A DNA stretch of 64,000 nucleotides, taken from the NCBI GenBank assembly GCA_964016885.1, contig OZ024761.1, positions 17,980,001-18,044,000 of the forward strand, given 5' to 3'. Shown here one piece after another: positions 1 through 12,059 of the stretch. The translations under genes were made by a program, and so were the position numbers. The notes below the pieces were generated by a model that did no database searches, was not told where the DNA came from, and worked only from the letters and a program-made list of their open reading frames with translations. The DNA comes from Eledone cirrhosa. Its lineage: Eukaryota. The number at the start of each line of letters is the position of its first letter. Position 1 is the first letter of the stretch.

Positions 1-138
1 TGCACATCATATTTTTTAATTATCATTCTCCATTGTAATTCTATGATAGTTGTAATATTTTTGTACATTTTTAAAACAGAAGGAATTTTGAAAATAAATT
101 TACTTTATTCCCTACATCGAATATTTTTTGTTGAAACA

Positions 139-652
139 TTGTTACCTTAGAAGTACCAGTAAGTACTACTGTTATATATTGTTACCTTAGAAGTACCAGT
201 ATCATCATCATCACCGTTTTACGTCTGTTCTTCCACGCTAGCATGGGTTAGACAGGTTGTCCTGTTGTGGGAAGTGTCTGGTCAGCTGACCTTGTCTTGC
301 TCATACGGGAACTGATTGTGGCTTGATTTCCTAACACCAACCTCATTTACAGTGAGTGCTGGGTGCTTTTTTGCCATGACACCTCCACGACCACCTTGCA
401 GTGGAATGATAGAGACCCCTGTCCTATCATCTTGTTTCTACAGCTGAGTAAACTGGAGCAATGTGAAATAAAGTGTCTTGCTCAAGGAAACAACACATCA
501 CCCGGTCTGAGAATTGAAGTCACAACCTTTCAATTGCAAGCCCAATGCTCTAACCACTAAGCCATGCGCCTTCACTACTTCAGTACTACTGTTATATATT
601 GTTACCTTAGAAGTACCAGTAATTACTACTGTTATACATTGTTACCTTAGAA
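139..652. repeat. 40-bp minisatellite (tgttaccttagaagtaccagtaagtactactgttatatat) interrupted by a SINE insertion
   Basis: Unit at about 140-179 and 600-639, with partial units at 180-200, 581-599 and 640-652; the SINE occupies about 201-575. Confidence 0.75.
201..575 (-). mobile_element. tRNA-derived SINE, family 1
   Basis: The minus strand reads ggcttagtggttagagcattgggcttgcaattgaaaggttgtgacttcaattctc (A/B boxes, GCA anticodon-like loop), then ccttgagcaagacactt (CORE-like) and an (ATG)n tail. Near-identical copies recur across the window. Confidence 0.85.
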
Positions 653-894
653 AATGTTTATCATTGTTGGTGTAGAAGCAATTGCCAACTTGTTTACATT
701 TTCACATTTGCAGAGATGTTTGCGGTTTAATTTAAGGGCTACTGCAGCACTAGAACTCTACTAGCCAGTAACCCAAACTGACCCTTAACCTTATAAGACA
801 CAGGGTGACTTTTTGGGAAAAAAGTGCATCTTATAAGCCATCAAATACGGTATATACAGTAATTCTTATTTTCCTGCCTCCGTTTTTTTTACAG

Positions 895-1280
895 GATCAG
901 AGTTAACAGCCGAAGAAAAGATCGAGAAGTCAGTAAAAAAGAGAGATATCATTCATAACAATACACGATTTAACCTGAACCCTTTTAACTCTGAGAAAAA
1001 CAAGGAGATCTTACAGCAGGTAGCTTCGGAAAAGGCTCATGCGAATTTGGGGAAAATTGGTCATGATGGGAAGGAGGTGCATACTGGATACTCACCAATG
1101 GTGAACGGATATGGGTTTGTGAAGACCCCTTCACCTGTACCTGGGATGGGAGATGAATCACCTTTAATGACATGGGGTGAAATTGAAGGTACACCATTCC
1201 GCTTGGATGGCACTGACAACACACCACTGCCCAAGACACCTGGTCCAACATTCAAGGTATGTATATGTTACTTTATGTAT

Positions 1281-1333
<53 letters not shown>

Positions 1334-3883
1334 AAAGGTATGACAACCTCTTCTGTGCACATTGTGGAACGTGAGACCATGCATAACCGAGACACAGATC
1401 CCTGGGAGATCAGTAGCACCAATTCAGTACTGACTTGGTCTGTATGGACCTGTCCAACCCTTGCTAGCATGGAAAACAGACGTTAAAACGATATATATAT
1501 ATATACACACACACACATTTACATACTTACACACATGCATATATATATATATATGTGCGTGTGTGTGTGTGTAAATATGTATGTTGCTGACAACAGACTT
1601 CCTGCCAATATGAGACTCACTGTTTGTCAAATAATCTATACACATGTTTGTGTGCATCTTTATGTTTATTATATCATCATTAATGTTTACCTGGTGATGA
1701 TGATAGGTTAGACAATACTGAGGCTTGACTGGTCAGGTGACACTTGCTCATATGTTGTTTTTACTAATGCTAACCACTTTACAGCATATCATCATCATCA
1801 TCATCATCATTTTGCGTCCACTTTTCCCTGCTTGTAAGGGTGGGACGGGAACTGTTTCTGGCTTGATTTCTACAGCAGGATGCCCTTCCTAACACCAACC
1901 TCATTTACAGTGAGTGCTGGGTGCTTTTTTTTCGTGGCGCCTACACATCCATTTTACAGTGTGTGCTGGGTGCTTTTTTGCAGTGGAATGGTAGGGACCC
2001 CAGTCCCTATCATCTCATTTCTACAGCTGAGTAAACTGGAGCAATGTGAAATAAAGTGTCTTGCTCAAGGTAACAACACATCACCCGGTCTGAGAATTGA
2101 ACTCACAACCTTTCGATTGCAAGACCAATGCTCTAACCACTAAGCCATGTGCCTCCATTATAGTGGAAGCATTTTATCATGACATCAGCACTACCACCAT
2201 ACAGGGTAAACTGGGTGCTTTTTTGTCATGGCACCAGCACTACCACTTTACCACATATATATATATATATATATATATAGTATTAAGGGTACTATTTATG
2301 GTTATGTATGCAATAAAACCTATAATGGTAATATATTATATATACACAAACCCTAAATAGTGAAAGATAGTCATTAATTACTATCCTATTACCAGTAAGA
2401 TAAATAGCTCAATGTAATAACATCAGATGTTTTACAGAGCAGTTATATAGAGATTACAATAATCAAACTTTCCTCTTGCTTTATCTTCATAGACTGCCAA
2501 CGCTTCATGTTTATCTTTATTTTCATTCTTGTTTTTATTTTATTTTTATCCTGTAACCTTTATATGTAAATTGCCATGCTATATCATTTGATGAATGTCA
2601 CCCCACTGTTGATCAATATGCGCATATGTTTTATGTGTCTCTTGGGTTGAAAAGGAGGTCAAGTATGTTATAGATCAGTAAATAGTTGCTCCGAAGAATC
2701 CAAACCTCGGTTTGGAGGAAACAATTGTAAGCAAATAAATGACTTAAACTGAACTTTGATTATTGTAATCTCTCTATATATATATACATATATGCAGAAG
2801 TTATATTTAATTTGTTGGGATTCCGCTATCCATACTATCCAGCGAATCTTCAACCGTCAAGGTTGTTTTTCTATGGGTATGTCAACATTTATGAAACAAA
2901 TTTTGTATTTTATCTGATGAAAGCGCTCCAAAACTGCCTTGGTTGCCCTTAAAATATATATAATAAAATAATTATGGTTTTATAAATATAGTTTCCATTT
3001 ATTAATATATTGTATATATATATATACAATATATGCAGGTCCCCAGCATGACCACCCCACCCTTTTTCTGATAGAAAAAAAAACTGCCTCAATTTCTAAT
3101 AATTCTGAAAATTTAGTAACTTAACTCTTTAGCATTTAAACCAGCCATATCCGGCCAGAATTCTCTCATCTCCTTCTGTTTAAACCAGTTGTAGCCAGCC
3201 CCTCAACCCAATGTCAAGGTATTGTTCTCAAAATAAATAACATCAAAATTTCATAGATTTGATATGTGAGATAATTATGTAAGGTAAAGCATTTACCACA
3301 AAAATACAATAGTAAATATAGAGTAATGTAAATGCTAAAGGGTTAACTTTCTCATTGTTAAGCTGATATTTGGAACATAACTTAAAGGTTTTTACATAAA
3401 ATTATGACAGAATAGGTACACAGTATCTTTGTGTTATAAGAAGCGAATAAAAGAGTCTGTGTCAGGAAGAGCATCCTGCTGTAAAACATTGTTTTAGAAA
3501 GTCCTGTCCAACCCATGCTAGCATGGAAAATGATGGTAATGATGATAAACATTTAAAAAAACAAAGTTTTCTGTCATAGAACCGAGGTTAGTTGGTTGGG
3601 TATCAAAGGGGTTAATTTAACTTTGGATTTAGTTACAAATGTGTTGACATTTCTACCAATTAATTATTGTTGTAGATCCCTGAATTACCTAAACGAGACC
3701 GAATTGCTCTTGAACTGGCAGAAAGAGCAAGTAAGGCCCACAGAGTGAGAAAAGAAGATGCCCTACGAAGGGTCACTCAAAGATTAACCAGGTAAAGCCT
3801 AAAACTCTGATTTGATCCTTTTTTCTTTTTTCGTTGTTTGATTGCAATATGATAGATTGTCACTCCATACACGCGCGCGGGTG

Positions 3884-3918
<35 letters not shown>

Positions 3919-4614
3919 GTATATACCGTATGCACTTGAATATAAGTCGACCCCTACTCTACTTTGAGAAATGGGAAGCAGCTAATCGACACAGATATAC
4001 ATAAATATTAATGTTAAAATTATATTTACTGATGGAAGGACTCAATACTTGTAACAAAGTCAAATTTATTGTAAATATTAGGTTGAATAGTACCTAAAGT
4101 TTCTACTTTTGCATCTTATTCAAATGGTTGAATAAAACTAAAACTGCAGTCAACCCAACATATATGTGTATATATCTATTATAATAATTGTTGCATTTTA
4201 TTTTTTCGTATCTTCCTCAGCCCATCTTCCTTGTCTCCATGCTTTGGCATGAGCACCACAGATAAACTAAACAACATGTCCCCAGCGGCACAGCGACTCG
4301 CTAGCTCCAGTTTACGTATCAAGAGCAACAGTGACAAGGCACTAAGGGCAAGCTACAGTCCCAGTCCACTGCATAGACACAAGCCCCCATCTTTCCTCAG
4401 TCCAGACATGAAAAGCCCAGGTAGTTCTTTCAGGAGTACGAGCAGTAGATCAAACACTCCCGGTCATGTCCAAGATGACCAGTACCACCGCAAAGTCAAG
4501 ACAGCGACTGATTCAGAGAAAGGTAATGTTGGTCATGGTGTCACAGACTCTCCATCGTTAACCGACAATTTATTAAACCTTCCTGGTAGAATGTCAGCTT
4601 CAGATTTTTTCTGA
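895..4614 (+). CDS. ESS2: Splicing factor ESS-2 / DGCR14 homologue, last three coding exons (895-1256, 3676-3791, 4221-4614); 5' exons lie upstream of the window
   Basis: Spliced translation includes NGYGFVKTPSPVPGMGDESPLMTWGEIEGTPFRLDG, PGPTFK|IPELPKRDRIALELA, MSPAAQRLASS..DKALRASYSPSP and the C-terminal SLTDNLLNLP..ASDFF*, all typical of ESS2. Junctions acag|G, AAG|gtatgt, tag|ATC, AG|gtaaag and cag|C have compatible phases. AATAAA at 4703-4708. Confidence 0.95.
1787..2157 (-). mobile_element. tRNA-derived SINE, family 1
   Basis: Same head, central region and tail as the copies at 6850, 29030 and 58915. Confidence 0.85.
3121..3346. mobile_element. piggyBac-type MITE (TTAA-flanked)
   Basis: ttaactctttagcattta...taaatgctaaagggttaa terminal inverted repeats with TTAA at both ends. 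Homologous copies at about 4877-5058, 6227-6422, 47597-47811, 52187-52391 and 62840-63180. Confidence 0.75.
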
Positions 4615-4876
4615 GATATGCTGATAAGGACAGCAGGGATGAGGGGGCGGGGGTTGTTGAAGAAAAGAGTAAGGGAAAAGAAGTAAAAAAAAGTCATTTG
4701 TAAATAAATATATATTATTTTGAAAATTATATATCAATTTTCAGTATTGATTTCTTTCAAAGATTGAAAAGCAGATGGTAGCGATGCTTGTGTATTGTAT
4801 GAAGTGTGATAGTGCATGGTAGCTAGACATGGGGACTTGGGTCCTTGAATGCAAAGGGTTTTTATAATTTTTTTTA

Positions 4877-5058
4877 TTAACCCTTTAGTTTTTAAACTGG
4901 CCATATCCGGCTAGAATTCTCTCACCACTTTCCGTTCAAACCAGCTGTTCATACTTATTGTTCTCAAAATAAATAATATCAAAATCTCATAGATTCTATA
5001 TTATGTGAGATACCTTGTAAATACAATAGTAAATATAATGTAAATGCTAAAGGGTTAA
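4877..5058. mobile_element. piggyBac-type MITE copy
   Basis: ttaaccctttag...ctaaagggttaa TIRs; internal sequence shared with the 3121 copy. Confidence 0.7.
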
Positions 5059-5955
5059 TCTTTTTACTTTATTTTTTATTTATTATATTCCAAGTGAGAC
5101 CAGCTGAGCTTATGGATGTAATGCAACCATCTTGCTCGTGGTCTACATCTGGGTTTCCTGCCTGTTGGCCTTGCCCATAAAATCTGTCCAGTCCAGCGAT
5201 TCTTTCCTTAAACATTCTAACCACGTCCAGTAGTCATGATCTCTTAACATAAATAAAACATTAATAAATAAAATAACATTTAAAAAATTCCCAATATTTT
5301 AAAGTGTAAGTTGAATGAAGAATTACTGGATAAAGGTGGAAGATGTAGCGTGCAAGAGGAAAGGTTGTGTTTGTTAAGACATGTTATTCGTAGAGGATAA
5401 CAACAGAACACTCAGAGAGGATGAACCTGTGAGAGAATGAGACCTAGGAAATGAAGTGATGAAGAATGATCTCAGGATGCTGAGCCTATCAAGGGCCTAT
5501 ATTTACAGCTTGGTGGATCCCTCTCACTGATCTATGAAGTAGGGGGTGATGGAACCAGTTTCTTTTTTTTTTTTTTTTTCCCCATGCTTCAGTCTGGGTA
5601 ACTAGAGCATGTGTAGTTGTGTGTCATAAACAAAGGTCACAGGTAAAATTTGAACCTGTGTATATATATAAAACCTTGGGCAGGAGTTCAAATTTTACCA
5701 TAACCATAAAGATAATGGATAATCCATATCTTAATTTGGATTATCCATGCTAGTCTAACCAGATATTTCAGAAGCTTTCGAAATAAATCAAAAAAAATCA
5801 AGAGAAATATTTTTCAATCCCTAAAATGAATAATTTATACTTTTTTTTTTATTTAATATAAAAAAAAAAAAACAGGAATGAAACCCAACATAATTGATAA
5901 AATAAATTTTTTTAAAAATCTCCAATATTTTAAAGTCTAAGTCATCTATTAAGTT

Positions 5956-6793
5956 TTAAGTTGGTTGTTGGGTCTGAATTTGTGATTGTAATTTTTTCAT
6001 AGCAGCTTCATCTTGTTGTGAAATAGCTGTGAGTTTTTTACCGATTCTGTCATGAACATCGAGATATTTGGCCACACACCGGTCTAAGCAGACCGCTTCA
6101 CCTTTATTTAGTTCAGCATCTTTGTATCGTGGTGGAATGCACTTCTTCTGGCAGGCACTGGTCATTCTAAAAAAAAAAAAAAACAATACCAGACAAAAAT
6201 GAAAGAAACAAAGAAAAAAAAATGATTTAACCCTTTAGCATTTAAACCAGCTACATCCGCCCAGAGTTCTCTCACCTCTTTCTGTTCAAACCAGCCGTAA
6301 TCAACCACTCATACTGATGTAAAGGTATTGTTCTCAAAATCTCATAGATTCAATATTATGTGAGATAAAACCTTTACCATGAAAATACAATAGTAAATAT
6401 ATAGGTAATGCTAAAGGGTTAAACATATATGAGGATCAGTTGACCAAGATGCTTTTTTACTTGAAATAAAATTTTTATTCTATCTTTCACAGACACGCTC
6501 TCTCTCACTCAACGACAACCTGTCATCATACTTGAAAGTCTTTTTTTTAAGTCTATATGAAATACCCCCCCCTCCCCCAAAAATTTAACTGTTTGCATTT
6601 TCGTTGTTGTGGCTGCCGCGGCATTCTTTACCTAGCCACAATTTTCAATTTGTCACACCTTTAACGTATGTTTATTACTCAGAGATTTAACATATCAATA
6701 TCATCTTATTGGGTGCTTGTGCAAGCTTCTCAGGATTGTTCTTTTGAGAGATGCTAACCGTAGCTACAACTTCGATTTTACTCACTATCATTG

Positions 6794-6853
<60 letters not shown>

Positions 6854-9800
6854 TCATAATTTTACATCCACTTTTCCCTGCTTGCAAGGGTGGGACGGGA
6901 ACTGATTGTGGCTTGATTTCTACAGCTGGATGCCCTTCCTAACACCAACCTCATTTACAGTGAGTGCTGGGTGGTTTTTGCTGTGGCACCTACACGACCA
7001 CTTTGCAGTGGAATGATATGGACCCCAGTCCCTATCATCTCATTTCTACAGCTGAGTAAACTGGAGCAATGTGAAATAAAGTGTCTTCATCAAGGAAACA
7101 ACACATCGCCCGGTCTGGAATTGAACTCACAACCTTTCGATTGCAAGGCCAATGCTCTAACCACTAAGCCATGTGCCTCCATATATATATATATATACAC
7201 AGAAGACCTCCACCCCACGGGTACAAGCCGAGGCTGAAGCATATAGACAATATGGTTGTGGAGCTGCCACAGCAAAAAAGCACCCAGCCCACACTAAAGA
7301 GGACGTGTAGGCGCCACAGGAAAAAAGCACCCAGCACTCACTGTAAATGAGGTTGGTGTTAGGAAGGGCATCCAGCTGTAGATATCAAGCCAGAATTAGT
7401 ATGAGCAAGACAAGGTCAGCCGACCGGGCACTGCCCACAACAGGACAACCCGTCTAACCCATGCTAGCGTGGAAGAATGGACGTAAAACGGTGATGATGA
7501 TGATATATATTGGAAAAGTAAATAACAACAAGGGGTACAGTTACGAAAGGTGTTAGGTATATACATGGGCATTAGAAAGAGCATCTAGTGGTCATGTAGG
7601 TGTCACGTCAAAAAGAACTCAGTCCACTCTGTAAATGTGGTTGGTGTTAGGAAGGGCAACCTGCCGTAGAAACAAAGTCAAAATCAGTATGAACAAGACA
7701 CGGTTATCTGATCTAGTTTGTTTCACACCAAGACAACTTGTCTAACCCATGCTAGCATAGAAAAACGAACGATGATGATACATAAAGTGTGACAGACGGA
7801 GAAAAAGCTCTTCTTTTATAATATAGTTGTTTAACATCCACCTTTATTGTATTATACGAGGGTCGGCTGACCAAGATACTCTCATAGAATGACCAAATGA
7901 GGTTTATTTTTCGACATTGGCGTTTATATATTATTACAGATCTTTCGCTTTAATATGTTTTAAAAGAATAAACAGGTGTTATTGCGAATGTTTCGTAAGA
8001 AAAAGATATCAATAACGTGATGTCGATCTCCTAGGACATTTCTGTGAATTAAGGCAAAGCTAACCTCGGCGGGATTTGTTCCGAGTTAAAATTACGCAGA
8101 GGTTAGCTTTGCCTTTCATTTTTACGGGGTCGAAAAATAAAGCACCAGTAATGGACTGAGGTCGATTTAATCGACTTTCTCCTCCCCGCAAATTGTTGGT
8201 CTTGTGCCTAAATCAGAAATCATTATTATTACGTGGCCGCTATTAGTCCGACAAAACGGATAATTAGGTACGGATCTGGAAACAAAGGCACCGAACAATT
8301 TGTATTGTAATATTTATAAATAAAAGACTAGATGGTCACACTGGAACGAATTTGATCACAAGTCCGATGACTTGGAACTAAACAACAACAACAATTTGTT
8401 TAAATATTGAGAATTAAACGGCCCAAACGTGGCTGAAAGAAAGAGCCATGGGATTTCTTCGTAATGAATACTAAGTGGTAGATCGTCAGATTTTCAGAGT
8501 CAAACACCACGTAACACACCGGTATTTCGATCAAAGAATCTCGAAGACAGGTGCTATCATATCGTAAATCAATACTGAACTACAACGATTAACATTTAGA
8601 TAGCTAATTATATATGAACATATACACAAATAAATGCATTCTCAATGTTTCAGTTTTAATAATGTTTAAAGAACCTTTAGGGTTGCTAACATTAGAGTTT
8701 TATTAAAACTAGGTTCTTTCTAAGTAGCTAAACGAAATGACCTTAAACTCGGTATTTTAAGGTCAACGGGGGTCTCGTATGTGTTTCTGGGAGTTGTGAT
8801 AAATCAAAACGGCAAATATAAATCGTGTTTTTGAAACTTGACTAAGAAAAACAAAAATAAGAAAACTTTTTTTTAAATCTTTTTTTAACGTATTCTATGA
8901 AAAGAGAGAGAGGGGAGGTGAGAAATATGTTCCCGGTAAACAGGGAGGGGTCCCCAGTCCTACGCAATATTCATAAAAATCGGTGTACAATTCGCAACAT
9001 TCCTGTAATTAAGTGACTCGTCGGTGATGTTTAGTCCCAGATTAACCTTGATCAAAGGTGCTCCAATTGTGAGCGCCCCTGTCCAATGTTTCCACCGCCC
9101 CCTGCTTTATATATAACTCTTGCTACATATATATATATATATACGATGCTAAGGTGTAATTTGGGGCCAGATTTTGCTGCTACTTTCCAGAAGATCAAAC
9201 GACCGCGAGGAGTCGTTGACTTGTTCAAGAGTATTAATAGAGACAGTTGGGATTGATAATCTTCAGGATCCAACCCCATTTAAGTACTTCCCAGATTTGA
9301 TTTCAAATCACGCAGAGGCTGGTTGGTCGATCGTGCCTCCTAACGAAGAATACCTTAGAGAATGTAAGACGGATCGTCACTTCTATGTCGAAACATTGTT
9401 TGATTTTATGATTAAAATATTATTTTGTTCTTCTTTATAAAACAACTGCAGTTAATTAGTAATTACTATACTGTAATAATATGAAATATAATTATGAATT
9501 TACTATGATTAATAAATTGCTTGTTTTGTGACATTGACAAAACTCCGAAGTAAACTCCGAAGTCACCATTAATACGAAATATATATAATATGTATAGTAA
9601 TACAGAAAGTAGAGTTGATTAAAAGTGACCGAAAATGTTTACTGCAGCAATATTTCGGCAATGTTATATAAGAATCTTTTGATAGCAGTGTCTCATAATC
9701 GATAAAGATAAATCTTATGGGTATTTTTTTTTTTTACCTACATATCATGTTACCACGCAAACAAGGTATATTTAAATCGAATTAGCTGTGGGTTTTATTA

Positions 9801-10419
9801 AAAGAATCTTACACATTAGTTTTTATTAATTAAGAAAATCATTCTCCCTCACACTCTTCCGCCCACGTTTAAATAATAAAATATGTGATTTGATGATGAA
9901 ATATTTTAAAGAGGACGTTTCTTTGCAAGATCCAAGGTAGGTGGAATAACAGGGTCAAGAAGTGTCGGGATGCTTGAGGACTTTTTTTTTTATCGTTTGA
10001 TAATTGATGAAAGGTAAAGATGCTCCATACCAGAAGTTTTCTGCAAGCGCTGATCGGACAACAAACAGAAAGGGTAGACCGTTGGACGGACGACATAAAA
10101 ACTCACGATATTTAGTTAGGTCACTCTTTATGTTTGGGTTAAACTTTGCTTTTCATTGTTTGGAGTGTAGGGATGTGAACGGATGTCGATAAACAAAACA
10201 CCAGTCGAATACCGGCTGCTTCTTTCATCCAAAATCTGAGGCTGTGAGCACATTTTGGCACAAACAAATGAGAGACCATGCTTAGATATAAACTATATTA
10301 TATACACGGGAAGAAAGAAATCATTTTAAAAACCGTTAAACTGACCTGTTATACATGTCCGCCATCATCTCCATTTCTAAATCCACAACAAGTTTCATCT
10401 GAGCTTCGTTTAACGCCAT
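5956..10419 (-). CDS. TIMM10: Mitochondrial import inner membrane translocase subunit Tim10 (exons 10419-10346 and 6166-5956)
   Basis: Spliced protein [25 protein letters not shown]|[45 protein letters not shown] has the twin CX3C motif. Donor AG|gtcag and acceptor ttttag|A give a phase-2 join. The start codon overlaps a YY1-like AAGATGGCG. Confidence 0.97.
6227..6422. mobile_element. piggyBac-type MITE copy in the TIMM10 intron
   Basis: ttaaccctttagcatt...aatgctaaagggttaa. Confidence 0.7.
6850..7180 (-). mobile_element. tRNA-derived SINE, family 1
   Basis: Full-length copy between (TA)n tracts; an opposite-orientation partial copy follows at about 7270-7505. Confidence 0.85.
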
Positions 10420-11244
10420 CTTACAATCGGTTAATTATCTTTATCTTTTAGAATTAGAATGTTTGGGAAATAACAGACGAATTACGAAGCAGGAAATGTG
10501 TTTGTGCGTTTTGTATTATATAGTGGGGTAAGAAGAAAGCAGAACAGTTCTGTCAGTGCAACATCAAGATGCTATGTTACGATGTAAAGGCGTGTGCAAC
10601 TAATATATATACACGTGCTTTTTCAGAGGAAATGGACTACTAAATTGACGAGGTTTCGTAGTTGTGAAACAGAAGGGCAGATAACTCTCTTTTACTGGAA
10701 ATAACGGAGAGGCCCGCTAACATGGACAGCCGACCTAATCTGCTAGAAACAACAGTCAAAAAGTCAGTTGAAATTCTTTATCTGCAAGGGGTTAGATGTC
10801 GGTCAGCTTTAGATAGTTCCAAAACAGAAAAGAGTGTTAAAAGGTCATACGGTGGTGGGGCAACATGAAGTTAACTATCCCCCACAACAACAACAGCAGT
10901 CAAAGCGGCGACAACAACATCACAGTTAAACAGGAGGGAGTGAGAGTACGGCGAATCTCTGTCCCTGCAAGTATGGTAAGATAGGTTCTGATGCTGTTGT
11001 TGTTGTAGATATCTCAGATAATATCTCACATAATATCAAATCTAAGAGATTTACATATTTATTTTGAGAACAATACCTTAATGTCAGTATGAGTGGCTAG
11101 TGTTCACTCATCCTACAACATGATCCACATGACAGGTGCAATATGTCCAAACACGGAAGAGCCGAACTCCCACTGTCATCGCCTCCATCTCCCTCCCCAC
11201 CTCTCTGTATTGTGAGCAAATGGGGTTCCACGTGCTGGCCGCCC

Positions 11245-11432
11245 CACAGCCCCGGCGGACAGAATGGAGAAGGAGTTTCCCCGGAGGATGGTAAGGGAGA
11301 TGCGCTGGAAGAGCCATTCCATCTCCCGAGGCTCACACCTGCGGCTGGCCAGCTCAGCGCCTATAGTGGTAAGTAGGGAGGTATCCCTCGGGCCAAGGAC
11401 ATGAGAAGTCTCCACTACCAAGTAGGGATCGG
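11245..11432 (-). mobile_element. 3' fragment of a CRE-like (restriction-like endonuclease) non-LTR retrotransposon
   Basis: Translation VETSHVLGP..IGAELASRRCEPREMEWLFQRISLTILRGNSFSIL resembles the C-terminal 'ETxGxxG...LxQRISxAIQRGN' signature of CRE-clade ORFs. Confidence 0.6.
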
Positions 11433-11823
11433 TATCAATGGCTGTAGCAGCAGTAGTAATTGTGATAATAGAACTATCATAACTAATATCACAACTGGAG
11501 CCAGCAAGCCTCGGCCGCGGAGACAGCAAGCGCACCGACGGAGGTAAATCCCTCACTAGGGACGCGACATGCTGTGACAAGTTCTTCGTTTCAAACTTAG
11601 TCTGCCACAAACCCCAGCACCGCAACCCGAAATGCAGAGGACAGGAAGACAAGCAAATACCGGGACTTGTCCGGCCGCTACCACTTTGTGCTAGTTGACG
11701 TCGACTAGTACAAAGATGATCAATGAGCTGGAAGTTGGTTTACCATGAGATTAGTCCGAAGAATAAAACCCAATATTTAAAATCTACTTCGGTAATGAGT
11801 ATTCTTTTCTTTCGGCCGTCAAC

Positions 11824-12058
11824 TACATGCATGCATACATACATACATACATACATACATACATACATACATACATGCATACATACATACATACATACAT
11901 ACATACATACATACATACATACATACATACATACATACATACATTTATACATACATACATACATACATACATACATTTATACATACATACATACGTTTAT
12001 ACATACATACATACATACATACATACATACATACATACATACATACATACATACATAC
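11824..12058. repeat. (TACA)n microsatellite
   Basis: About 235 bp of near-perfect ATAC units directly abutting the LINE. Confidence 0.95.
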
Positions 12059-12059
12059 C

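Noticed and set aside
363-560. Recurrent ORF ...[32 protein letters not shown]... (also 1880, 6971, 24853, 29105, 30246, 50948, 58992)
   Set aside because: Antisense reading of the tRNA-SINE family 1, not a protein family.
2906-2957. CTGATGA with flanking tattttat/taaaata, possible hammerhead
   Set aside because: GAAA is replaced by caaaa, and stems II/III and the NUH triplet are broken. At best a dead relic.
9174-10192. Short + strand ORFs inside the TIMM10 intron
   Set aside because: No recognisable homology and no consistent exon chain.
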